18,983 nucleotides of DNA from Octopus sinensis. Lineage: Eukaryota. A program made the position numbers and the translations under genes. The DNA is taken from the NCBI RefSeq assembly GCF_006345805.1, contig NW_021824394.1, forward strand, positions 1 to 18,983, in the 5' to 3' direction. Under the pieces are notes generated by a model. The model had not been told where the DNA came from, ran no database searches, and was given only the letters and a program-made list of their open reading frames with translations. Of this stretch, positions 1 to 10,225 are shown piece after piece (the stretch's first letter is position 1; the number at the start of each line of letters is the position of its first letter).

Positions 1-54
1 ATAAATATCAATATTTTTTTAAAATGAGGTCAATTCATGTGTTTAAAACGTTTC

Positions 55-79
55 AGGGCAGTGCCCCAGCATGGGCACA
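55..79 (+). mobile_element. Short remnant of the CR1/SINE-type 3' tail motif
   Basis: AGGGCAGTGCCCCAGCATGGGCACA resembles the GGYGGTGCYCCAGCATGGCCRCAG tail seen at ~8665, ~12775 and (reverse) 11115-11138. Confidence 0.4.
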
Positions 80-172
80 ATATATATATTTATATATATA
101 TATAGATACATACATATAAATATAAATCTGAAATGAAAAAACAAAACAATAAATTGAACAATGTATGCATGT

Positions 173-174
<2 letters not shown>

Positions 175-228
<54 letters not shown>

Positions 229-3200
229 TTAGCGTCCGTTTTCCATGCTAGCATGGGTTGGACGGTTCTACAGGGGTCTGTGAAGCTGGAAGGCTGCATC
301 AGGCCCAGTCAGATCTGGCAGTGTTTCTACAGCTGGATGCCCTTCCTAACGCCAACCACTCCGTGAGCGTAGTGGGTGCTTTTTACGTGCCACCCGCACA
401 GGTGCCAGACAGAGCTGGCAAACGGCCACGAACGGATGGTGCTTTTACGTGTCACCGGCACGGGGGCCAGGCGAGGCTGGCAACGGACACGAACGGATGG
501 TGCTTTTACGTGTCACCGACACGGGGGCCAGGCGAGGCTGGCAACGACCACGAACGGATGGTGCTTTTACGTGCCACCGACACGGGGGCCAGGCGAGGCT
601 GGCAACGGACACGAACGGATGGTGCTTTTACGTGCCACCGACACGGGGGCCAGACAGAGCTGGCAAACGGACACGAACGGATGGTGCTTTTACGTGCCAC
701 CGACACGGGGGCCAGGCGAGGCTGGCAACGACCACGAACGGATGGTGCTTTTACGTGTCACCGACACGGGGGCCAGGCGAGGCTGGCAACGGACACGAAC
801 GGATGGTGCTTTTACGTGCCACGGCACGGGGGCCAGACAGAGCTGGCAAACGGACACGAACGGATGGTGCTTTTACGTGCCACCGGCACGGGGGCCAGGC
901 GAGGCTGGCAACGGACACGAACGGATGGTGCTTTTACGTGCCACCGGCACGGGGGCCAGACAGAGCTGGCAAACGGACACGAACGGATGGTGCTTTTACG
1001 TGCCACCGGCACGGGGCCAGGCGAGGCTGGCAAACGGACACGAACGGATGGTGCTTTTACGTGCCACCGACACGGGGGCCAGACAGAGCTGGCAAACGGA
1101 CACGAACGGATGGTGCTTTTACGTGCCACCGGCACGGGGGCCAGGCGAGGCTGGCAACGGACACGAACGGATGGTGCTTTTACGTGCCACCGGCACGGGG
1201 GCCAGGCGAGGCTGGCAACGGACACGAACGGATGGTGCTTTTACGTGCCACCGGCACGGGGGCCAGGCGAGGCTGGCAACGGACACGAACGGATGGTGCT
1301 TTTACGTGCCACCGGCACGGGGGCCAGACAGAGCTGGCAAACGGACACGAACGGATGGTGCTTTTACGTGCCACCGCACGGGGGCCAGACAGAGCTGGCA
1401 AACGGACATGAACGGATGGTGCTTTTACGTGCCACCGGCACGGGGGCCAGGCGAGGCTGGCAACGGACACGAACGGATGGTGCTTTTACGTGCCACCGGC
1501 ACGGGGGCAGGCGAGGCTGGCAACGGACACGAACGGATGGTGCTTTTACGTGCCACCGGCACGGGGGCCAGGCGAGGCTGGCAACGGACACGAACGGATG
1601 GTGCTTTTACGTGCCACCGGCACGGGGGCCAGGCGAGGCTGGCAACGGCCACGAACGGATGGTGCTTTTACGTGCCACCGACACGGGGGCCAGGCGAGGC
1701 TGGCAACGGACACGAACGGATGGTGCTTTTACGTGTCACCGGCACGGGGGCCAGGCGAAGCTGGCAACGAACACGAACGGATGGTGCTTTTACGTGTCAC
1801 CGGCACGGGGGCCAGGCGAGGCTGGCAACGGCCACGAACGGATGGTGCTTTTACGTGTCACCGGCACGGGGGCCAGGCGAGGCTGGCAACGGCCACGAAC
1901 GGATGGTGCTTTTACGTGCCACCGACACGGGGGCCAGGCGAGGCTGGCAACGGACACGAACGGATGGTGCTTTTACGTGTCACCGGCACGGGGGCCAGGC
2001 GAAGCTGGCAACGAACACGAACGGATGGTGCTTTTACGTGTCACCGGCACGGGGGCCAGGCGAGGCTGGCAACGGCCACGAACGGATGGTGCTTTTAGTG
2101 TCACCGGCACGGGGGCCAGGCGAGGCTGGCAACGGCCACGAACGGATGGTGCTTTTACGTGCCACCGACAGGGGCCAGGCGAGGCTGGCAACGGACACGA
2201 ACGGATGGTGCTTTTACGTGTCACCGACACGGGGGCCAGGCGAGGCTGGCAACGACCACGAACGGATGGTGCTTTTACGTGCCACCGACACGGGGGCCAG
2301 GCGAGGCTGGCAACGGACACGAACGGATGGTGCTTTTATGTGCCACCGACACGGGGGCCAGACAGAGCTGGCAAACGGACACGAACGGATGGTGCTTTTA
2401 CGTGCCACCGACACGGGGGCCAGGCGAGGCTGGCAACGACCACGAACGGATGGTGCTTTTACGTGTCACCGACACGGGGGCCAGGCGAGGCTGGCAACGG
2501 ACACGAACGGATGGTGCTTTTACGTGCCACCGGCACGGGGGCCAGACAGAGCTGGCAAACGGACACGAACGGATGGTGCTTTTACGTGCCACCGGCACGG
2601 GGGCCAGGCGAGGCTGGCAACGGACACGAACGGATGGTGCTTTTACGTGCCACCGGCACGGGGGCCAGACAGAGCTGGCAAACGGACACGAACGGATGGT
2701 GCTTTTACGTGCCACCGGCACGGGGGCCAGGCGAGGCTGGCAAACGGACACGAAGGATGGTGCTTTTACGTGCCACCGACACGGGGGCCAGACAGAGCTG
2801 GCAAACGGACACGAACGGATGGTGCTTTTACGTGCCACCGCACGGGGGCCAGGCGAGGCTGGCAACGGACACGAACGGATGGTGCTTTTACGTGCCACCG
2901 GCACGGGGGCCAGGCGAGGTGGCAACGGACACGAACGGATGGTGCTTTTACGTGCCACCGGCACGGGGGCCAGGCGAGGCTGGCAACGGACACGAACGGA
3001 TGGTGCTTTTACGTGCCACCGGCACGGGGGCCAGACAGAGCTGGCAAACGGACACGAACGGATGGTGCTTTTACGTGCCACCGACACGGGGGCCAGACAG
3101 AGCTGGCAAACGGACACGAACGGATGGTGCTTTTACGTGCCACGGCACGGGGCCAGGCGAGGCTGGCAACGGACACGAACGGATGGTGCTTTTACGTGCC

Positions 3201-5090
3201 ACCGGCACGGGGGCCAGGCGAGGCTGGCAACGGACACGAACGGATGGTGCTTTTACGTGCCACCGGCACGGGGGCCAGGCGAGGCTGGCAACGGACACGA
3301 ACGGATGGTGCTTTTACGTGCCACGGCACGGGGGCCAGGCGAGGCTGGCAACGGCCACGAACGGATGGTGCTTTTACGTGCCACCGACACGGGGGCCAGG
3401 CGAGGCTGGCAACGGACACGAACGGATGGTGCTTTTACGTGTCACCGGCACGGGGGCCAGGCGAAGCTGGCAACGAACACGAACGGATGGTGCTTTTACG
3501 TGTCACCGGCACGGGGGCCAGGCGAGGCTGGCAACGGCCACGAACGGATGGTGCTTTTACGTGTCACCGGCACGGGGCCAGGCGAGGCTGGCAACGGCCA
3601 CGAACGGATGGTGCTTTTACGTGCCACCGACACGGGGGCCAGGCGAGGCTGGCAACGGACACGAACGGATGGTGCTTTTACGTGTCACCGGCACGGGGGC
3701 CAGGCGAGGCTGGCAACGGACACGAACGGATGGTGCTTTTACGTGTCACCGGCACGGGGGCCAGGCGAGGCTGGCAACGGCCACGAACGGATGGTGCTTT
3801 TACGTGTCACCGGCACGGGGGCCAGGCGAGGCTGGCAACGGACACGACGGATGGTGCTTTTATGTGTCACCGGCACGGGGGCCAGGCGAGGCTGGCAACG
3901 GACACGAACGGATGGTGCTTTTACGTGTCACCGGCACGGGGCCAGGCGAGGCTGGCAACGGACACGAACGGATGGTGCTTTTATGTGTCACCGGCACGGG
4001 GGCCAGGCGAGGCTGGCAACGGCCACGAACGGATGGTGCTTTTACGTGTCACCGGCACGGGGGCCAGGCGAGGCTGGCAACGGACACGAACGGATGGTGC
4101 TTTTATGTGTCACCGGCACGGGGGCCAGGCGAGGCTGGCAACGGACACGAACGGATGGTGCTTTTACGTGCCACCGACACGGGGGCCAGACAGAGCTGGC
4201 AAACGGACACGAACGGATGGTGCTTTTACGTGTCACCGGCACGGGGGCCAGGCGAGGCTGGCAACGGCCACGAACGGATGGTGCTTTTACGTGTCACCGG
4301 CACGGGGGCCAGGCGAGGCTGGCAACGGACACGAACGGATGGTGCTTTTACGTGCCACCGACACGGGGGCCAGGCGAGGCTGGCAACGAACACGAACGGA
4401 TGGTGCTTTTACGTGCCACTGACACGGGGGCCAATTAGAGCTGGCAAACGGACACGAACGGATGGTGCTTTTACGTGCCACCGACACGGGGGCCAGGCGA
4501 GGCTGGCAACGAACACGAACGGATGGTGCTTTTACATGCCACCAACACGGGGGCCAATTAGAGCTGGCAAACGGACACGAACGGATGGTGCTTTTACGTG
4601 CCACCGACACGGGGGCCAGGCGAGGCTGGCAACGGACACGAACGGATGGTGCTTTTACATGCCACCAACACGGGGGCCAGACAGAGCTGGCAAACGGCCA
4701 CGAAACGGATGGTGCTTTTACGTGTCACCGGCACGGGGGCCAGGCGAGGCTGGCAACGGACACGAACAGATGGTGCTTTTACGTGCCACTGACACGGGGG
4801 CCAGACAGAGCTGGCAAATGGACACGAACGGATGATGCTTTTACGTGCCACTGACACGGGGGCCAGGCGAGGCTGGCAACGGACACGAACGGATGGTGCT
4901 TTTACGTGCCACCGACACGGGGGCCAGACACAGCTGGCAAACGGCCATGAACGAATGGTGCTTTTCCGTGTCACCGGCATGGGGGCCAGGCGAGGCTGGC
5001 AACGGACACAAACGGATGGTGCTTTTATGTGCCACCGACACGGAGGCTAGACGGGGCGGCGCCGGCAACGACCACGATCGGATGGTTCGC
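175..5090 (-). mobile_element. 5'-truncated RTE-type LINE 3' UTR with hyper-expanded internal minisatellite and (GAT)18 tail
   Basis: 229-400 is the reverse complement of the 3' end of the RTE copy at 7470-7648 (GGCGTTAGGAAGGGCATCCAGCTGTAGAAAC...CCATGCTAGCATGG...GAT tail). (CAT)18 lies at 175-228. The terminal degenerate unit near 5050-5090 shares the GCCCCGTCT variant with the first unit of the 7159 array. No target-site duplication seen. Confidence 0.85.
405..5090. repeat. GC-rich tandem array of ~76 units of 61 bp (A type) and 62 bp (B type)
   Basis: A unit CCAGGCGAGGCTGGCAACGGACACGAACGGATGGTGCTTTTACGTGCCACCGGCACGGGGG (61 bp, 41/61 GC, 7 CpG); B unit starts CCAGACAGAGCTGGCAAACGG (62 bp). 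Unit starts at 405, 467, 528, 589, 650, 712, 773...; units degenerate towards 4370-5090. Confidence 0.97.
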
Positions 5091-5384
5091 TTAACCACTG
5101 ACTAACGATAGGACTGGATTTTTCCGATGGCTCCCTCTACATCAATTCCCTTGTAACAAGTGAGCCAAGAGACATATATCACCCCCACCCAACACCCCTC
5201 TCATGCACATCAGTCTTCTGCTACTGTTTGGGGTCCACATATAAGGGAGCTCATCAGATGTACATGTACCCCATACACTCGCTCCCACCAATGTCCATTT
5301 GATATTGACATCAACCATTCACTCTCATCATTTATTGAGATGCCTTATATCTCGCTCTTTCTCAATTCTAATCCCCTCCAGGGC

Positions 5385-5591
5385 TGGATCCAGAACAAGA
5401 AGGCACCAAGGACACTGTAAGACAGTTGATGTTAGGAAGGACAACACACCATAGAAACGAAACCCAAAATAAATATTAAAGGCTAAATGACATCCTGAGA
5501 CCCATCTGGGAGAGAACCGCTGACCCTCCAATCCATACAAATGGACAAAACAAATATGTACAGTGATGATGATGATGATGATGATGATGAT
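5385..5591 (+). mobile_element. Old, diverged RTE-type 3' end with (GAT)9 tail
   Basis: GTTGATGTTAGGAAGGACAACACACCATAGAAAC aligns to GTTGGCGTTAGGAAGGGCATCCAGCTGTAGAAAC; TCCAATCCATAC...ATGGA precedes (GAT)9 at 5565-5591, as in the 7580-7648 tail. Confidence 0.5.
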
Positions 5592-5933
5592 AATATATAA
5601 ATGAAGCTGAACACACACGCACACATATGAAACTAATAAAATGATGAAGATGGAGAGCCCCTTCCAATGTGGAAAGGGTCAGTTAAGTAACATTTACATA
5701 TTTCCCGAAATATAAAAAGATGACTTTTGCCTTTCTACATCGTAAGAAGCTGTCAGTCTCCAATGACAAGGCTTCTAGCAAACCACAAGGCTCTTCAGTA
5801 CATGTGTGTGTGTGTGTGTGACTATCTATGTATATGTAAGTATGCACACACACAAACACACACACGTCTGCATATATAGTTTTGTATGTATGTATGTATG
5901 TATGTATGTATGTATATATATATATATATATGT

Positions 5934-6085
5934 AGGCAGGAGTGCCTTTGTAGTAAGAAGCTTGCTTCCCAACCACATGGTTGTGGGTTCAGTCCCATTG
6001 CATGGCACCTTGGGCAAGTGTCTTTGGGCAGAGCAAAGACTTGTGAGTGGATTTAGTAGATGGAAACTGAAAGAAGCCCCTCGTA
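5934..6085 (+). mobile_element. tRNA-derived CORE-type SINE (5' part)
   Basis: B-box GGTTCAGTCCC (5986-5996), CORE-like GGCACCTTGGGCAAGTGTCTT, GGAAACTGAAAGAAGCCC; aligns to the copy at 12443-12604 with a short internal deletion; (TA)n on both sides. Confidence 0.8.
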
Positions 6086-6240
6086 TATATATATATATAT
6101 ATATATATTAAATAGTTTCTCAGTGTATTTGCTTTGTATGTCGTAATTAGTAATACTGTTAATTATAGCAGTTGCTTAATCACTAGACTGGAGGCAGACA
6201 CAATACACACACACACTAAATATATTATATATATATAGTT

Positions 6241-6995
6241 TTTGTATGTGGCAGATGCTCGGGAGCATTGACCTCCGAAAATCTGCAGAAAACAACTTCC
6301 GTCACTTTCCGGGGGGAAAAACTAGAAGTAGTTGATAGCTCCCGATATCTAGGTGACCAAGTCAGTAGTGGGGGTGGGTGCGCTGAAAGTGTAACTGCTA
6401 GAATAAGAATAGCCTGGGCAAAGTTTAGGGAGCTCTTACCTCTGCTGGTGACTAAAGGCCTCTCGCTCAGAGTAAAAGGCAGACTGTATGATGCATGTGT
6501 ACGAACAGCCATGCTACATGGCAGTGAAACATGGGCCGTGACTGCTGAGGACATGCGTAGCTCGTGAGGAATGAAGCCAGTATGCTCCGATGGATGTGTA
6601 ATGTCAGTGTACTTACTCGACAGAGCGTTAGTACCTTGAGAGAAATGTTGTACCTAAGAAGCATCAGTTGTGGTGTGCAAGAGAGACGATTGCGCTGGTA
6701 TGGTCATGTGGCGAGAATGGATAAAGATAGGTGTGTGAGAAAGTGCCAATCCCTAGCAGTTGAGGGAACCCGTGGAAGAGGTAGACCCAGGAAAACCTGG
6801 GACGAGGTGGTGAAGCACGACCTTCGGACGTTAGGTCTCGCCATGGAAATGACTAGAGACCGAGACCTATGGAAGTATGCCGTGCGTGAGAAGACCGGCA
6901 AGACTAGTGAAGCCATAACCGTGGCCCCTACCTGGGACGTAGTCAGTCCACCTGTGCATACCTTCCTTATTGTGGCACTTGAGAAGACCTGTTGA
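6241..6995 (+). pseudogene. Frameshifted RTE reverse-transcriptase ORF2 C-terminal fragment
   Basis: ORFs 6268-6567 and 6564-6995 are consecutive parts of one RTE protein. A 1-nt deletion near 6557 (CGT AGC TCG TGA instead of CGT AAG CTC GTG AGG AAT GAA) splits it. It starts FVCGRCSG; the RT catalytic core is absent. Confidence 0.85.
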
Positions 6996-7158
6996 GGCAA
7001 GTGAAAATCAAATCAAAACCAAATCAAAATAGATGTACGTCAATGGAATTTGTATCCTTTATGGTACCAGTGCCAGTGGCACATAAAAACCATCTGAACG
7101 TGACCGTAGCCAGTACCGCCCGCATCGACTGGCCTCCGTGCTGAGGGCACGTAACAAC

Positions 7159-7470
7159 CCATCCGAGCGTGGCCGTTCGCCAGCCCCGTCTGGCACCTGT
7201 GCCGGTGACACATAAGAAAACACCATCCGATCTTGGCCGTCTACCAGCCTCGTCTGGCACCTGTGTCGGTGGCACATAAGAAACACCATCCGAGCGTGGC
7301 CGTCTGTCAGCCTCGTCTGGCACCTGTGTCGGTGGCACATAAAAAACACTATCCGAGCGTGGCCGTCTGCCAGCCTCGTCTGGCACCTGTGTCGGTGGCA
7401 CATAAAAAACACCATCCGAGCGTGGCCGTCTGCCAGCCTCGTCTGGCACCTGTGTCGGTGGCACATAAAA
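7159..7470. repeat. Five ~63-bp tandem units in the RTE 3' UTR, homologous to the 405-5090 array
   Basis: Unit starts at 7159, 7223, 7286, 7349, 7412 (CCATCCGAGCGTGGCCGTCTGCCAGCCTCGTCTGGCACCTGTGTCGGTGGCACATAAAAAACA); roughly 80% identical by eye to the reverse complement of the large-array unit. Confidence 0.93.
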
Positions 7471-7656
7471 TCACCCACTACACTCTCGGAGTGGTTGGCG
7501 TTAGGAAGGGCATCCAGCTGTAGAAACACTGCCAGATCTGACTGCCTGGTGCAGCCTTCGGGCTTGCCAGACCCCAGTTGAACCGTCCAACCCATGCTAG
7601 CATGGAAAGCGGACGTTAAACGATGATGATGATGATTATGATGATGATATATATAT

Positions 7657-7705
<49 letters not shown>

Positions 7706-7896
7706 GGGTTTTCTTCATTTTCTTCTAACAAAAGGATCACAATTTTCTGATCAGCCAAAGGCATAATATCAAGAATGTGTGTGCATTTGCATGTGTAATG
7801 TGTGTATATGTATGCGTATGTGTGTGTGTAGAAATATATATATTATACATACACTTCCTTACATATATATATACATATATATATACATATATATAT

Positions 7897-7952
<56 letters not shown>

Positions 7953-7954
<2 letters not shown>

Positions 7955-8175
7955 TGGCGAGCTAGCAGAAACGTTAGCTCGCCACGCGATAAGTAGCCGT
8001 ATTTCGTCTGTCGTTACGTTCTGAGTTCATATTCCACCGAGGTCGACTTTGCCTTTCATCCTCTTGGGGTCGATAAATAAAGTACCAGTTTCGCACTGGG
8101 TTGATGTAATCGACTTAATCCCTTTGTCTGTCCTTGTTTGTCCCTCTATGTTTAGCCCCCTGTGGTAGTAAGAAA
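7953..8175 (+). mobile_element. tRNA-derived SINE (second family)
   Basis: tRNA-like head GGTGGCGAGCTAGCAGAAACG with B-box-like GAGTTCATATTCC (8023-8035), body GGTCGACTTTGCCTTTCATCC...GTCGATAAATAAAGTACCAGTT; recalled as a common octopus SINE; flanked by TA runs. Confidence 0.75.
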
Positions 8176-8187
8176 ATATATATATAG

Positions 8188-8507
8188 GGGCCGTGACTGC
8201 TGAGGATATGCGTCAGCTCGCAAGAAATGAAGCCAGTATGCTCTGATGGATGTGTAATGTCAGTGTTCATACTTGACAGAGTGTAAGTACCTTGAGAGAA
8301 AAGTTGGACCTAAGAAGCATCAGTTGTGGTGTGCAAGAGAGACATTTGCGCTGGTATGGGCATGTGGCGAGAATGGATGAAGATAGTTGTGTGAAAAAGT
8401 GCCACACCCTAGTGATTAAGGGAACCTGTGGAAGAGGTAGACCCATGAAAACCTGGGACGAGGTGGTGAAGCACGACCTTTGAACTTTAGGTCTCACCAA
8501 GGAAATG
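8188..8507 (+). mobile_element. RTE ORF2 fragment (second, more decayed copy)
   Basis: Directly alignable to 6533-6850 (GGGCCGTGACTGCTGAGGA...AAAACCTGGGACGAGGTGGTGAAGCACGACCTT); peptide ERHLRWYGHVARMDEDSCVKKC...GRGRP; in-frame stops. Confidence 0.9.
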
Positions 8508-8529
8508 GTGTGTGTATATCTGTGTCTAT

Positions 8530-8703
8530 GTCTGTTCCCCAATCCCAACAGTTGCCATCTGGTGAGTGTGTGTTTATGTCCCCATAAATTAATGGTTTGT
8601 TAAAAGAAACCCTTAGAATAAGTCCCAAGCTTTATAATATTAAGTCCTTAGGTTGATAAGTTGGGTGGTGCCCCAGCACGGCCACAGTCTTAAAAAAGTA
8701 AAG
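8530..8703 (+). mobile_element. Diverged 3' half of the CORE-type SINE
   Basis: GTGTGTTTATGTCCCC...AGAATAAGT...GGTGGTGCCCCAGCACGGCCACAGTC aligns to 12635-12815. Confidence 0.7.
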
Positions 8704-8939
8704 AATGATACATATACACAAAAATGTTTGTAGGCGGGTGTATATAAATGGGTGTATGAATGTATATGTTTAGAAATCCCAAAACTCAAATAGGTTTGAT
8801 GAATGCGAAGTAAAAACTGTCAATTCTTGTTATTTACACTTGGGTAAGCATTCTCATAAAACACTTTCTTAGAAAGCTTTTGTTGGATTCTCAACAAAAT
8901 AGCGTGGGAAAATTTTTACTAGAAAAGTATTACTGTGCA

Positions 8940-8972
<33 letters not shown>

Positions 8973-9179
8973 TTGTATATATATATATGTGTGTGTGTAT
9001 ATATATGTATGTATATGCATATATATATTTACTGTAACTGTGTGTGTGTATGTATTTATGTGTATATATATATGTTTAATTATATATGCATATATAAGGG
9101 TGTATACTTGTGTATATTTATACCCATGTACATGTGTGTTTGTGTATGTGTGTCTGTGCAAGTGTGTGGATGCACATTT

Positions 9180-9385
9180 TTAGTGTGTTGCACTCATGAT
9201 ACTAAGATTAAGGTTTCAATTCCTGGATTGGGTGATAGATTGTTTTCTTGAGCAACACTCTTCATTCCACTTCCCCCAATTTATTCGGCTAGTAAAATCA
9301 AGGAATCCAACGATGGCCCACCTTCTTCTTCATTGGGGGAAACATATACATGACAGAATAAGGGAAACTGGCCTTATGAGTCGAT
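9180..9385 (+). mobile_element. Degenerate tRNA/CORE-type SINE (third family)
   Basis: B-box-like GGTTTCAATTCC (~9212), CORE-like TTCTTGAGCAACACTCTTCAT, end GGGAAACTGGCCTTATGAGTC; assignment by recall only. Confidence 0.5.
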
Positions 9386-9487
9386 AATTTGTGCTGTGTG
9401 AGTCAATGACTCAGGAAAGTTTTGATACGGTTTCATAATACACGCACGCACAGATATATTATTCTTTTACACATTTCTTTACACATG

Positions 9488-9670
9488 TAGCTGTGGTCAT
9501 GCTGGAGCACCATCATGGTCTTGCAGCTTTTCTCAGTCGTTTGCCCCAGCTGTAATCTTGCGATGTCATCTTTGATTTTTTTATTGCCTCTGATAATTTT
9601 GTATCGTTAGCATAGCTGGTAACTATGGCTGTCTGAGGGGCCACTGGCATGTCTAAGAGGGCTACAAATA
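9488..9670 (-). mobile_element. Internally deleted CR1-type LINE fragment
   Basis: Minus-strand FVALLDMP...VTSYANDTK (degenerate YADD, 9603-9614) lies only ~90 bp from a CR1-type tail GGTGCTCCAGCATGACCACAGCT (9489-9511). Confidence 0.65.
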
Positions 9671-9695
9671 CATCCATACATATAGACATATATGT

Positions 9696-9954
9696 ATCAT
9701 CATCATCGTCGTCGTCTTTAACGTCTGCTTCCATGCTGGCATGAATTGGACAGTTTGACTGAGGGCTGGCAAACCAGAAGGCTGCACCAGGCCCCAATCT
9801 CATCTGGCAAAGTTTCTGCAGTTGGATACCATTCCTAATGCCAACCACTCCGAGAGTGAAGTCGGTGCTTTTTATGTGCCACAGGCATCAGGGCCACTGA
9901 GGCAGTGCTGGCATCAAGCATGCTTGAATGATGCATTTTACGTGCCACCGTCAC
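9696..9954 (-). mobile_element. Diverged RTE-type 3' end with only 1-2 minisatellite units
   Basis: CATCATCATCGTCGTCGTCTTTAACGTCTGCTTCCATGCTGGCATG...TTCCTAATGCCAACCACTCCG...GTGCTTTTTATGTGCCAC aligns to 175-450. Confidence 0.85.
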
Positions 9955-10085
9955 ATACGTATGTAGTATACATTTATGTATGTTTTTTGTATGTATATAA
10001 ATATATATATATATATCGGTAAATGTAATATGTGACAATTATTTGGTATATATTCAATATATATATGTATGCACTATATATATAT

Positions 10086-10131
10086 AACCCGTGCTAGCAC
10101 GGAAAACGGACGTTAAACGATGATGATGTTG

Positions 10132-10132
<1 letters not shown>
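10086..10132 (+). mobile_element. Extremely 5'-truncated RTE tail (~45 bp) in a TA microsatellite
   Basis: AACCCGTGCTAGCACGGAAAACGGACGTTAAACGATGATGATG matches 7589-7630. Confidence 0.85.
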
Positions 10133-10162
<30 letters not shown>

Positions 10163-10225
10163 TGTATTATTTTATATATATATATGTAAATATAAAACAT
10201 CCACATACGTATATATATATTTTAT

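Larger units (their letters stand above)
6238..7648 (+). mobile_element. 5'-truncated RTE-clade LINE (ORF2 C-terminus, 3' UTR with minisatellite, (GAT)n tail)
   Basis: RTE-like peptide (YLGDQ...RIRIAWAKFREL...KGRLYDACVRTAMLHGSETW; RRLRWYGHVARM...GRGRPRKTWDEVVKHDL) followed by a 3' UTR and (GAT)n at 7622-7648; flanked by TA runs. Confidence 0.92.

Noticed and set aside
229-360. V-SINE central domain assignment for the GGAAGGGCATCC-containing segment
   Set aside because: The V-domain signature (GGAGTTTGCATGTTCTCC) is absent, and the segment follows RTE coding sequence at 6238-7648, so it is treated as a LINE 3' end.
258-4835. 1525-aa, 1348-aa and 759-aa ORFs over the array
   Set aside because: The 61/62-bp unit has no stop in any + frame, so all three frames are open and cycle through the same peptides. 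This strand is antisense to the parent LINE, and scattered indels would not be tolerated in a real CDS.
405-5045. ~70 copies of TACGTG (HIF/E-box-like site)
   Set aside because: A hexamer copied passively by tandem expansion; nothing in the sequence supports regulatory use.
405-5045. Ribozyme or G-quadruplex in the 61-bp unit
   Set aside because: No CUGANGA/GAAA core or other recognisable ribozyme motif; G5 runs are ~56 nt apart, too far for a canonical G4.
405-5090. CRISPR-like array
   Set aside because: Units are contiguous near-identical repeats with no unique spacers, no cas genes are present, and the context is eukaryotic.
5160-5420. 86-aa ORF in the unique segment after the array
   Set aside because: GTG start, no recognisable domain, and its 3' end overlaps a decayed RTE tail.
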